DNA of 64,000 nucleotides, taken from contig CAVYRW010000004.1 in assembly GCA_963771045.1 (NCBI GenBank), forward strand, positions 160,001 through 224,000, written 5' to 3'. Under the pieces are notes generated by a model. It saw nothing but the letters and a program-made list of their open reading frames with translations. It was not told the origin of the DNA and did not search any database. The translations under genes and the position numbers were made by a program. Below are positions 9,668-19,539 of the stretch, piece after piece; the stretch's first letter is position 1, and each line of letters begins with the position of its first letter. The stretch comes from Waddliaceae bacterium (GTDB lineage Bacteria; Chlamydiota; Chlamydiia; Chlamydiales; SLFE01).

Positions 9668-11752
9668 ATGATTAAACGTGTTTTGCTACAGCTATTTGTA
9701 CTTTTTCTCCTTGCCGCTTCCCTTGAGGCTCAAGAAAAAAAGGAGAAGAAATCGAACCCTTCTCCTCCGAATCCCGTTGATCTTGAAATTTCGTGGTGGA
9801 AATATTTTTCCGAAGGGGAGGACCTTCCGGATCGTATTGATCGCATGATTAACGAGCTTAAGGAATTAAAGGCGAGCCTTAAAAATCAATCCCAAGCTTT
9901 TGAGTCTACTCAAGTCGACAGGCTGATCCTTTCTTTGAAAACTTTAAAGGAAGAAGAGCAAAAGGAGGTGGAGTATCATCCGGAGCATCCTCTTTATCTA
10001 AACACCTATCATCTAACCGATTGGTTGAAAATAGCCAGAAATATCCGAAATCTGGAAAGAGCGCGCTCGCACAAAGAGTTGGAACAGAAACAAATTCAAT
10101 CCACTAAAGATTTGCTTAGGCAGGACTTAGACATTTTACAGACGAAGTATCAGGTTTTGCCGGCATCGACTGTCGATAAGCTCAAGGTTGGATTGACTAT
10201 AGTGAACAGCCGCGTCAAAATTGAACTTTTTGAGCTCAAATACAAAAGAAATCAAAAGATTTTGACCCATATTGACCAGAACCTTAAAGAACTGACAAAA
10301 GAAAAACAATTTGCCGAAGATCATCTCGATCTCACTAATCTTCAGCCTTCTGAATTAAAGGCAAAAATAGAAGAATCGCAAAAAATTGTCGACCAGGCCG
10401 AAGAGAAACTGCTCGGCGAGGAAAAGGAGCAGTTCCAAAACCCTGAAGAAGACAATAGCGTGGAAATCCTCCTTTCTAAAGTTTTGCTTCTAAAAGCTCA
10501 AATACAACTTCTTTTTCATAATGTGATCTATGCCTACGATGATGCTCTCGACCACGGAGATTCCGCGAAACCTATAGACGATAAGCTCTCGGGGTGGAGA
10601 AATGAAATCAACCGCGCTCAGGCAAAAATTGATGAGTGGCACAGCATTACAGAGACGGCAGCCGAGAAAATCAACAAAGAATACATTCCGAAGGAAGAAG
10701 CAGAGATTAAAAATGAATCTCAAAAAATGATTTTGGATAAATATGCCGCCTTGCAGCAAATTCAAGGGGCATTAAATGACATTTCCTCAGTAGCCTCCGA
10801 TATCAAAATCATTTTGAGAAAGTTCGAACAACTGACTCTTGAGAAATCAAGCTACTTTAAGCAGGTTGTTTTTGGAATTTGGCAAAGCATCAAAAATTTC
10901 TTTTTCGCAATTTCCCACTACTTTTCTTTTACCCTTTTTCGAATCAATGACTATCCCGTCACTCCCTGGGTTTTTTTAAGATCGCTTATTATTCTGATCG
11001 TTTCGATATTTTTCGCGAAAATCATTCTTCGTGAAACAAAAAGACGGCCGGGACTCAAAAAGAAAATCGGATCTGCCAACCTCTATATTATTGCCCGGCT
11101 GGTCTATTATTTGATCATAATCGCTGGCGTTGCGATAGCATTTTTCAGCATCGGTTTTGACATCACGAACTTTGTCATTATAGCAGGCGCACTGGGCGTC
11201 GGTATCGGTCTTGGCTTGCAGTCCCTTGTCAATAATTTCATTTCGGGACTCTTGATTCTTTTTGAAAAGAACATCCGTGTCGGCGATATTTTGGAGCTTG
11301 AGAACGGACACAAAGGAAGGGTCACTTCGATCAGCATACGCAGCAGCCGGATCAGGTCTTTCAACGGACTGGATATCATTGTTCCGAATTCAGAGCTGAT
11401 CAGCAAATCTGTGGTCAATTGGACGATGAAAGATCAGTATATCAGAATAGAAATTCCTTTTGGGGTTGGCTATGGATCGGATAAAAAGCAGGTGCGCGAT
11501 ATCGTTTTGGAAGCGATTAAAGGCATTCCCTATGTTATGGAGGACGGGCTCAAGTGTCCCAAGCCTCAACTTTGGCTGATAGAATTCGGGGAAAGCTCCC
11601 TGAACTTTCAACTTGTCGCCTGGGTGGATTTGAATATTACCCAGTCATATAGCAGCATGAACTCGGAATTTCTTTGGCAGATCGAAACGGCCCTGACGAA
11701 AAACGGCATTGAAATCCCTTTCCCTCAAAGAGATGTCCACATCAAAAATTAA
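9668..11752 (+). CDS. MscS-family mechanosensitive channel with large periplasmic coiled-coil domain
   Basis: Signal peptide, coiled coils, GALGVGIGLGLQ..NNFISG, IIVPNSEL, EIPFPQRDVHI. Confidence 0.9.
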   Translation: MIKRVLLQLFVLFLLAASLEAQEKKEKKSNPSPPNPVDLEISWWKYFSEGEDLPDRIDRMINELKELKASLKNQSQAFESTQVDRLILSLKTLKEEEQKEVEYHPEHPLYLNTYHLTDWLKIARNIRNLERARSHKELEQKQIQSTKDLLRQDLDILQTKYQVLPASTVDKLKVGLTIVNSRVKIELFELKYKRNQKILTHIDQNLKELTKEKQFAEDHLDLTNLQPSELKAKIEESQKIVDQAEEKLLGEEKEQFQNPEEDNSVEILLSKVLLLKAQIQLLFHNVIYAYDDALDHGDSAKPIDDKLSGWRNEINRAQAKIDEWHSITETAAEKINKEYIPKEEAEIKNESQKMILDKYAALQQIQGALNDISSVASDIKIILRKFEQLTLEKSSYFKQVVFGIWQSIKNFFFAISHYFSFTLFRINDYPVTPWVFLRSLIILIVSIFFAKIILRETKRRPGLKKKIGSANLYIIARLVYYLIIIAGVAIAFFSIGFDITNFVIIAGALGVGIGLGLQSLVNNFISGLLILFEKNIRVGDILELENGHKGRVTSISIRSSRIRSFNGLDIIVPNSELISKSVVNWTMKDQYIRIEIPFGVGYGSDKKQVRDIVLEAIKGIPYVMEDGLKCPKPQLWLIEFGESSLNFQLVAWVDLNITQSYSSMNSEFLWQIETALTKNGIEIPFPQRDVHIKN

Positions 11753-13067
11753 TTTTTTTATCTTTTTTCTTGAGATAGAAAAAGAGCGGCACTCCGGTAA
11801 AGCCATATTGCTTTCGGAATTGATTGTAGAGGTATCTTTTATAGGCGCCGGTGAGAAGATCGGGATAGTTGATAAAATAGACGAATTTGGGCGGCGTTGT
11901 GTCGACTTGGGCCATGTAATAGATGCGGAGTCGTTTTCCCATAATCATCGGGGGATGATTCCGCTGCATAGCTTCGGTTAAAAATTTGTTGAGCTGGTGT
12001 GTCGAGATGCGGCGGCTGTAATTTTCATAGACCTTAGTGATCTCCTCGAAGATTTTTTCGACATTGCGTCCTGAAAGAGCGGATAAGAAAATTTTCGGAC
12101 AATGTTCAAGGAATGGAACCTCTTCACGAATGGCGCGCATGCAATGTTCCATTGGCACACCCTTGATCAGGTCCCACTTGTTAACCAAAAGGATGCATCC
12201 CTTCCCTTTTTCTTCGATCATGTTGGCGATCTTTTTGTCTTCTCTGGTAATTCCTTCTTGAGCGTCGATCATCAGCAGACAGATCTCCGACCGCTCAACC
12301 GCCCTGTTGGTTCTAATCGCGGCGAATTTGTCCACCACTTCATGCTCGGATTTTTTCCTTCTGATGCCCGCAGTATCAATGAAAGTGTAATCCTGATTCC
12401 CTTTTTTAAAGACGACATCAATACTGTCTCTTGTCGTCCCCGCAATCTCGCTGACGCAGAGCCTCTCTTCCTGCAGCAGAAAATTGACAAGCGACGACTT
12501 GCCGACATTCGGGCGGCCTACGATAGACACTTTGATTCCCATGTCGGTTTCTTCGAGGACTTGGTCTTTATCAAATGTTTCAAAAGCTGTTTCCAGAAGT
12601 TCGGCGATTTGATAGCCGTGTTCGGCCGAAACAGGAATCACTTTGTCTATGCCGAGTTCATGGAAGGGATAAATATGCTCCGCCTGATTGGGGTTGTCGA
12701 TTTTATTGACGGCAACGCAAAGAGGCTTGTTGGTTTTTTTTAACGTTTTGGCCACTTCGAGGTCAAGCGCTGTCACTCCCAGCTGAAAATCGACGACCAA
12801 CACAAGGGTGTCGGCTTCCTCGATGGCGATTTCCGCCTGCTTTTTAATGACTTCATGGAACAGCGCTTTTGATTGGGGGTCTATGCCTCCAGTATCGATC
12901 ACTTCGAATTGAAAACCGAATAATTCTGCATCTGAGTACAGTCTGTCGCGGGTGATGCCCTCTGCTTCATCGACTATGGCCAGTCTTTTGCCCGCGATAC
13001 GGTTAAACAGAGCTGATTTTCCCACATTGGGGCGACCCACAAGGGCTAATTTCGGTTTTCGAGTCAT
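11742..13067 (-). CDS. der: ribosome biogenesis GTPase Der
   Basis: Two GTPase domains (GRPNVGKS x2, DTGG/DTAG, NKID/NKWD) plus C-terminal KH-like domain. Confidence 0.97.
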   Translation of the reverse strand: MTRKPKLALVGRPNVGKSALFNRIAGKRLAIVDEAEGITRDRLYSDAELFGFQFEVIDTGGIDPQSKALFHEVIKKQAEIAIEEADTLVLVVDFQLGVTALDLEVAKTLKKTNKPLCVAVNKIDNPNQAEHIYPFHELGIDKVIPVSAEHGYQIAELLETAFETFDKDQVLEETDMGIKVSIVGRPNVGKSSLVNFLLQEERLCVSEIAGTTRDSIDVVFKKGNQDYTFIDTAGIRRKKSEHEVVDKFAAIRTNRAVERSEICLLMIDAQEGITREDKKIANMIEEKGKGCILLVNKWDLIKGVPMEHCMRAIREEVPFLEHCPKIFLSALSGRNVEKIFEEITKVYENYSRRISTHQLNKFLTEAMQRNHPPMIMGKRLRIYYMAQVDTTPPKFVYFINYPDLLTGAYKRYLYNQFRKQYGFTGVPLFFYLKKKDKKINF

Positions 13068-13187
13068 GGGTGTAAACTTATTTTTTTAAAGGTTTATTAT
13101 GCAAATATTAATATTATTAAATTATTGAAATTATATGTCAATAAATGTTATAATTTTTTTCAATGTACAACATGCTAGTATGACGAT

Positions 13188-15069
13188 ATGAGTGGATTCC
13201 GTTATCAAAATATTGCCGACGATCTTTCTTTCGCCTCGATTAAAGAGGATATTAAAAAATATTCTTGGCAGAAGCTGAAGCAAGACCTGTTTGCGGGGCT
13301 GACAGTTGCTTTTATTACGGTGCCGCAGGCCATGGCTTTTGCTCTAGTTGCGGGTTTGCCTTTAAGCTGCGGTCTTTTTGCCGCTATCTATTCGGCAATC
13401 ATCGCCTCTTTGTTCGGCTCGTGCCGCCATTTGATTGTCGGCCCGAATAATACGATCGCCATTTTAATACAGTTTGCAACCGCTTCTATCCTTTATTCTC
13501 ATTTTCGCGATGTGACGGGACCCGAAAGGGATGCGATAGCTCTGCAAATTCTGACGCAGCTGACATTTTTGATCGCTATTTTTCAAGCCCTTGCAGCCTT
13601 GTTCAAATTGGGACGGCTGACGCAATATGTGAGCCACTCTGTCGTTGTCGGTTATCTGACAGGAACCGCTCTGGCTCTTGTGATCAATCAGCTTTTTATC
13701 TTTTTAGGGATTGCCTCGCCGGAAAATCCCGCTTCACTGTTTACCAAGATTGTGTACCTTGTCGAAGCATTTGCCTGAAATACATCTTCCGACGACGTTG
13801 ATCGGCTTGGGGAGTCTGATAATGCTTGTGGCCTTAAGCCGAACGAAGAAAGTTCCCGGTGCAGTGATTGTTCTTTTGATTGCAGGACTTGTCGTGCATT
13901 TTTTCGGGATGTCCACCTACTCCGATTGGGGATTCTTCTTTGACGCCGGCAAGGTGGGCAGCAATGTGATTCTTCTTGGCGATACAGGAATGCTCCAGGA
14001 TATTTTCCCCACTCTACGATTTCCTTTTCTCGACTTTTCTCTAATGAATGAACTAATTCCGATGGCTTTTGCCATCGCGCTGCTCAGTTCTGTTGAAACC
14101 AGCCTGGTCGCTAAATCGGTATCTGCCTCCACAGGACAGTCCCTTTCGGTGAATCAGGAAATTCTAGGGCTTGGCCTTGCCAACCTATTCTCTTCGATTA
14201 TCGGGGCTTTGCCGTCTTCTGGAAGCATCGCGCGCAGCAAGCTGATTTATATTAACGGCGGAAAGACCCATTTTGCCGGCGTCTTCAGCGCTTTGGCGGT
14301 GGGAGTGATTATGTTTGTCTTCGGGTATTTTGTGCAAAGGATTCCGCTGACTGCCCTTTCCGCGATTCTTCTTTTGGCCTCCACGCGGATTGTGAATTTT
14401 CAGGATTTTCTTCTCTGTTTAAAAACCACCCTTGCCGACCGCCTTGTCCTGATACTGACTGTTGTTTCGTGTCTTTTCTTCGGACTCGATGTCGCCTTTT
14501 ATGTCGGTGTAGTCCTTTCGGTGACATTTTATTTGAAGAAAGCGGCAGTTCCCTATTTTGTCGAATGCAGCTATGACGAAAGCGGGCAGATCGACTCGAC
14601 CCATCCGACAAGCAAAGGGAGAGGGGAAATACGGGTCATCAATGTTCAGGGGGAGCTTTTTTTCGGCGCCGCCGATCTCTTCCAAAATACGTTAAAGTCG
14701 ATCACGAGAAATTCCGAGGACTTAAAAGTGATCATTTTACGCCTTAAAAACGCGCGGGACATCGACGCTACGGCTTGCCTGGCGATACAGCATCTGCATC
14801 AATACCTGAAAGAGTCGGGCCGCCACCTTCTGCTTTGCGGACTCACCTATTCGACGTGGGATATTCTCTGTAAATCCGGAACCGTCAATGCTATCGGTAA
14901 AGACAATCTCTTTGTGACAGATGAACATCAGCCGAGGCTTCCTCTGCAAAAGGCTCTTATGAGGGCTAAGCGGCTCATTGCTTTAGAAGAAAAAGCTATA
15001 TCATCCAGCCAGACGGAGGGCAAGCTAAAGTCTGCCGCCAGCTCTTCCCAGAGTTTACAAGTTCAGTAA
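13188..15069 (+). CDS. SulP-family anion permease with STAS domain, 1 frameshift near 13765
   Basis: DLFAGLTVA..PQAMAFA, NQEILGLGLAN, GELFFGAA, DIDAT across two overlapping ORFs. Confidence 0.88.
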
Positions 15070-15100
15070 AATCGGATATTGTCACTCAGTATGGATTAGT

Positions 15101-15955
15101 GTGGCTGGACTCATGTTTTTGCATCATTTAAATTCTGCAGCTATTGCAGGTAGAGCGACTATGAAAGAGCTGCAAGAGACGTCTCGGAAGCTGGAAAATG
15201 TTCGCTGCAATTCAATTAGTTGTGACCTCGACCGGATAAACAATATATCCATGCAGCTTTGTTATGAGAATATTTGCTGTCTGCAAACGAATAAGAAGTT
15301 AGCAAAGTATATTTACCGGAAAACCAGTCCGAAATATTTCCCAATTTCCCAATTATTTCAGTGCTTTTGTGTTCGGTCAGTTGCGTTTCATGAACTAATC
15401 AGGGAAGAATATTTAAGCCTTCAACAAGATCTAAGCGGTCTCATAGACCAAAATCAGTATCAGTTGGAGGAGAGCTTTATAAATTTTATCGGAACTTCTG
15501 ATTCTATCACAGATCCCATAGAATTGGGTGTTCTTTTTATTTATGGCTGTCAGAGGAAGTACAAAAGCTGCACTTTTCGGGAGACTCTGAATAACATTTA
15601 TCCAAGAATTGCCGGATTTGTCCGAGAGGGAAAGTATTCTTTGAAGATGGTAAGACATATCGCCTATGCCAGCCGAAGATTTTTTCCTCGCCAAGACTGG
15701 CAGGTTGAAGTTCAGGTTGGACTGACAACCTTTTATTGTCACCATCTTCTTCTCGAGCATCAATGCAGCTTTTTTCGGGGGAAGACCGATGAGAGGCGTT
15801 ACTTTCATTTTTCGGATCTCGATCCTCGGGCTTTTCGATTAATTAATGAGTTCACTGAATATAATCGCATGGCCGACTTTAACGCAGTAGAGAAAAAAGA
15901 GCTTTCATCTTGCTTAAGAAAGCTTGAGTTTTTGCCCCCCCATGGCGAAAGGTAA
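15101..15955 (+). CDS. hypothetical protein with C-terminal BTB/POZ-like domain (effector candidate)
   Basis: DWQVEVQVGLTTFYCHHLLLEHQCSFFR...FSDLDPRAFRLINEFTEY matches the BTB consensus pattern; start uncertain. Confidence 0.6.
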   Translation: MAGLMFLHHLNSAAIAGRATMKELQETSRKLENVRCNSISCDLDRINNISMQLCYENICCLQTNKKLAKYIYRKTSPKYFPISQLFQCFCVRSVAFHELIREEYLSLQQDLSGLIDQNQYQLEESFINFIGTSDSITDPIELGVLFIYGCQRKYKSCTFRETLNNIYPRIAGFVREGKYSLKMVRHIAYASRRFFPRQDWQVEVQVGLTTFYCHHLLLEHQCSFFRGKTDERRYFHFSDLDPRAFRLINEFTEYNRMADFNAVEKKELSSCLRKLEFLPPHGER

Positions 15956-15959
15956 AGCC

Positions 15960-16100
15960 TTACAATTGTGGAAGCTCGCAGCACTCTCTTGCAGCTATTA
16001 GCGTCTGCTGTCGCTAATACGGGTATGTCAACACTGAGGTGGTAGCGTCGGTTTCGACTGACAGTTACAAGCTCCTTCCTTTAGGAAGGTGCAGTTGACA
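15960..16100 (+). mobile_element. orphan IS200/IS605-family end / omegaRNA-like structured element without transposase
   Basis: Ends ...ACAAGCTCCTTCCTTTAGGAAGGTGCAGTTGAC (hairpin with TTTA loop followed by GTTGAC); TGTCAAC (16026-32) pairs with GTTGACA (16094-100); extra hairpins TATTAGCG/CGCTAATA and GTCG-GTTT-CGAC. Confidence 0.6.
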
Positions 16101-16237
16101 GATAGAGTAATATTATCTTGGTAATTAAATCAAGTTCAAATCATTGTGTGTAAGAGCAATACAGAAATAAGGTGAAAATTGCTCTTAGGCCACAGTAATT
16201 CCCGTTAAAATTTTAAGTACACTGCTTTAGCTTAAGA

Positions 16238-17057
16238 TTAAGAGAAACTTTTCAGTAAAAAGTGAAGGATGTTCAGATAAGGTTCGACAATGAAGCGGAT
16301 GAGTCGACTGGTTTTGAGATCCGGCCCGTTTGGCCTGTCCGTGTTTTGGAGGCACTGCCAGGCTGAAGGGTTTTGATGATATCTTTGGATTAAATCGCCC
16401 TGAAAAGAGAGCGGCCAACTCTTTTGTCTGGCATTGAGAAAATCATACGGGGTTTTGGGGCTCAGGTATGGGAACGGGTTTTGCAAGGTTGACAGCAACA
16501 GGAGGGGACAAGCGGCGCCTGATTCCTTTGAAGATAGGGGCGCACTGGTCGTAAATCATCCCTTCCCCCCTTTCGTCGATGTTGGTGAAATATCCCGGTG
16601 AGTTTATGAGATAATGTTCTGCAGCGGAAGCTCTTTTGCGGTTGAAACGGCGGTCGTGGAGGATCCAAACGGTTTGAAACCCTTCGCTTAAATAATCTCG
16701 GTTTCTTCGGGCGATTTCTTCGGCGGTAATGGGAGAGCATTGAACTTCAAAGACCAGGCGTTTCGGCAGCCAGGCAATATCGGCGATGCGGCTTATCGCA
16801 GCAAAGCGGCACTCAAGGACAGCTTCGCCGGCGGGAAGTAGTTCGCTGAGCTTTTGCTGTATGCGAAGGTGGACGACGCTTTTTCCGCTTTGCCGGCACC
16901 GTCGATTGTGGGAAAGATGGAAGAAGTGGGGTTGGCGGCGGGATCCCGCCCTCACTCTTAAGGGAGACCGGCATTCGGGGCAAAAATAGGTTTTTCCTTT
17001 GGCGGCCAGCGCGGCAATGACGACCTGCTCATGGGAATCTAAGGCATAAAGCTGCAT
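16238..17057 (-). CDS. CoiA-family competence protein/nuclease, frameshift near 16450-16495
   Basis: YFCPEC...PHFFH zinc motif, RIADI...FEVQCS, RNRDY..G...WIL. Confidence 0.8.
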
Positions 17058-17461
17058 TACATCATGTATTTTTCCAGGATGTCGCCCAGGATCTTAGGCA
17101 CGGGAATTTTTTTTCGAGTGGGGTTGTCTAAGGTGACGTGCACTGTTTTGCCTGTTCCGGTCAGCGTGCCGTCTGTTTTGAATATTTGATAAGCCATAGT
17201 AAACGAGGTGGTTCCGATGTGCGAGACATGCACTTTGATCTCAAGCTCGTCGCCGACTCTTAAGGGAGACATATAGTCCGATTCAGCATGAACAATGACA
17301 AAAACGAAGTTCTCTTTATTGAAGAGGGTGTCGAAATCCAGACCTTCTGCGGCCATCAGATCTTCCCAAGCATCATGTATAAAGCGGAATTGCCGGGGAA
17401 AATAAAGAATCCCCGCCATATCGGTATCGTGCATCCGAACTTTGTTTTTTGCTGTGAACAT
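17057..17461 (-). CDS. acyl-CoA thioesterase (4HBT / DHNA-CoA hydrolase-like)
   Basis: VRMHDTDMAGILYF hot-dog motif, IVHAESDY..PLRVGD. Confidence 0.85.
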   Translation of the reverse strand: MFTAKNKVRMHDTDMAGILYFPRQFRFIHDAWEDLMAAEGLDFDTLFNKENFVFVIVHAESDYMSPLRVGDELEIKVHVSHIGTTSFTMAYQIFKTDGTLTGTGKTVHVTLDNPTRKKIPVPKILGDILEKYMM

Positions 17462-17520
17462 AGATTTAATTTAATGAATCGACGTTTAAAAGAAAAGCCG
17501 TTTTCAGTATCACTAAGGCG

Positions 17521-18594
17521 ATGGAGACTCTTCAATACTTAAGCGAAGACGGCGAGCTTGCCGCAGGCTATGTTCCCGAGACGAGTGAGGAGGCGATTGT
17601 GCGTGCCTATAAGGCGATGAGGCTCTCGCGCCATATTGATAAGAAAATGATCACGCTTCAAAGGCAGGGAAGAATCACATTCGCTATGAGTTCTTTAGGA
17701 GAGGAGTGCTGCTCGGTAGCCGCCGCGGCGGCTTTGGATCTTGGCGACTGGATTTATCCGCAATACAGAGAAAACGGGGCTCTTTTCTACAGAGGGTTTT
17801 CAGCAGTGGATTATGTCCACCATATGTTTGGCAATGAAAAGGACTTAAGCAAGGGAAGGCAAATGCCCAACCACTTCGGCTGCCGCAAGCTGAATGTGGT
17901 GACCGTTTCGTCTCCTATCGGGACAAAAATTCCCCATGCTGCAGGCTGCGCCTATGCGATGAAACTACAGAAGGATCCCCATCTGGCCCTGGTTTTTTTT
18001 GGCGAGGGGGCCGCGTCCGAGGGCGATTTTCATGCCGGTGTCAATTTCGCCGCAGTGCTTGAGGCGCCGGCCATCTTTTTTTGCCGCAACAATCAATACG
18101 CCATCTCCACAAAGGCGGCCGGCCAGTATCATTCCGACGGTATCGCTCCCAAGGGAGAGGGGTATGGCATTGCAGCCTATCGGATTGACGGCAACGATTT
18201 TTTCGCAGTCTACGATACCGTCAAAAAATCCCGAAAGCGCTGCCTTGAGGGGAAAGGGCCGGTTCTGATCGAGGCGATGACCTATCGAAGGGGCGCTCAC
18301 TCGACCTCGGACGATCCGTCCCGCTACCGCCCGAAAGAAGAAGTTCTTGAGTGGGAAAAAAAAGATCCGGTGCTGAGGCTTAAGCGGTATATGGAAAAAG
18401 AGAAGCTTTGGAATGAAGATCAGGAGAAAGAGCTCCTCCAGCAGATTGAAAGCGATGTGAGAGAAGCTGTCGAAACTGCGGAAAAAACACCCCGCCCCCC
18501 ATTAATTTCCCTTGTTGAAGATGTTTACGATGAAGTCCCCAAATCTTTAATGGAACAATACGAAGATGCCTGTCAACATCATACAAGCTCTTAA
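17521..18594 (+). CDS. bkdA1: branched-chain 2-oxoacid dehydrogenase E1 alpha
   Basis: LQRQGRITF, GRQMPNHFG, TPP motif FGEGAASEGDFH...NNQYAIS, HSTSDDPSRYR. Confidence 0.9.
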   Translation: METLQYLSEDGELAAGYVPETSEEAIVRAYKAMRLSRHIDKKMITLQRQGRITFAMSSLGEECCSVAAAAALDLGDWIYPQYRENGALFYRGFSAVDYVHHMFGNEKDLSKGRQMPNHFGCRKLNVVTVSSPIGTKIPHAAGCAYAMKLQKDPHLALVFFGEGAASEGDFHAGVNFAAVLEAPAIFFCRNNQYAISTKAAGQYHSDGIAPKGEGYGIAAYRIDGNDFFAVYDTVKKSRKRCLEGKGPVLIEAMTYRRGAHSTSDDPSRYRPKEEVLEWEKKDPVLRLKRYMEKEKLWNEDQEKELLQQIESDVREAVETAEKTPRPPLISLVEDVYDEVPKSLMEQYEDACQHHTSS

Positions 18595-19537
18595 CAAGAC
18601 TCTGCACGAGCAATTTGAAAAAAATGATCAGTTGCTCGCCTTTGGAGAGGACTGCGGCTTTTTCGGAGGAGTTTTTCGTGTCACTGAAGGGTTGCAGGAA
18701 AAATTCGGGAAAGAGAGGTGTTTTGATACGCCGTTAAGCGAACAGGGGATCGTAGGATTTGCGATCGGCGTCGCTCAAAAGGGGCTCAAGCCCATATGCG
18801 AGATTCAATTTGCCGATTACATTTTTCCCGCCTATGACCAGATTGTCAATGAGCTGGCTAAGATGCGTTATCGAACGGGGGGGCAGTACACCGCTCCTGT
18901 GATCATCCGCGCCCCTTGCGGCGGCGGGATTCACGGCGGCCACTATCATTCGCAGTCGCCGGAAGCTCAGTTTCTCCATACCCCCGGCCTGAATGTCGTG
19001 GCGGTTTCGTCTCCCTACGACGCGAAGGGTTTGCTGATCAGCGCCATCCGTTCGGGCGATCCCGTCCTCTTTCTGGAACCGAAACGGATTTATCGCGCCG
19101 TCAAAGAAGAAATACCCGAGGGCGATTATGAAATCCCCTTCGGAAAAGCCGACATCGCCCGCGAGGGAACCGACATCACCTTAATCGGATGGGGAGCCCA
19201 GCATCATCAAAATCTTCAAGCGGCAGATGAACTTGCCGAAGAAGGCATCCGGGTGGAAGTTCTCAACTTGAGATCCTTAAACCCCCTGGATATTGAGGCT
19301 GTCAAAGCTTCGGCGCAAAAAACCCAGCGGGTTGTCGTGGCTCATGAGGCGCCGAAAACACAAGGGTTCGGGGCGGAAATTTCCGCCCTTGTGATGGAAA
19401 CCTGTTTTTTATATCTTAAAGCTCCTGTGAAGAGGTGCTGCGGGCTCGATACCCCCTTCCCCCACACTTTGGAGTCTGAATATCTGCCCGATGCCGCCAG
19501 AGTGAAAAGGGCGGTGGTGGAAACAATGGAATTTTAA
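18566..19537 (+). CDS. bkdA2: branched-chain 2-oxoacid dehydrogenase E1 beta
   Basis: GGVFRVT, DTPLSEQGI, EIQFADYIFPA, HGGHYHSQSPE. Confidence 0.92.
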   Translation: MPVNIIQALNKTLHEQFEKNDQLLAFGEDCGFFGGVFRVTEGLQEKFGKERCFDTPLSEQGIVGFAIGVAQKGLKPICEIQFADYIFPAYDQIVNELAKMRYRTGGQYTAPVIIRAPCGGGIHGGHYHSQSPEAQFLHTPGLNVVAVSSPYDAKGLLISAIRSGDPVLFLEPKRIYRAVKEEIPEGDYEIPFGKADIAREGTDITLIGWGAQHHQNLQAADELAEEGIRVEVLNLRSLNPLDIEAVKASAQKTQRVVVAHEAPKTQGFGAEISALVMETCFLYLKAPVKRCCGLDTPFPHTLESEYLPDAARVKRAVVETMEF

Positions 19538-19539
19538 AC

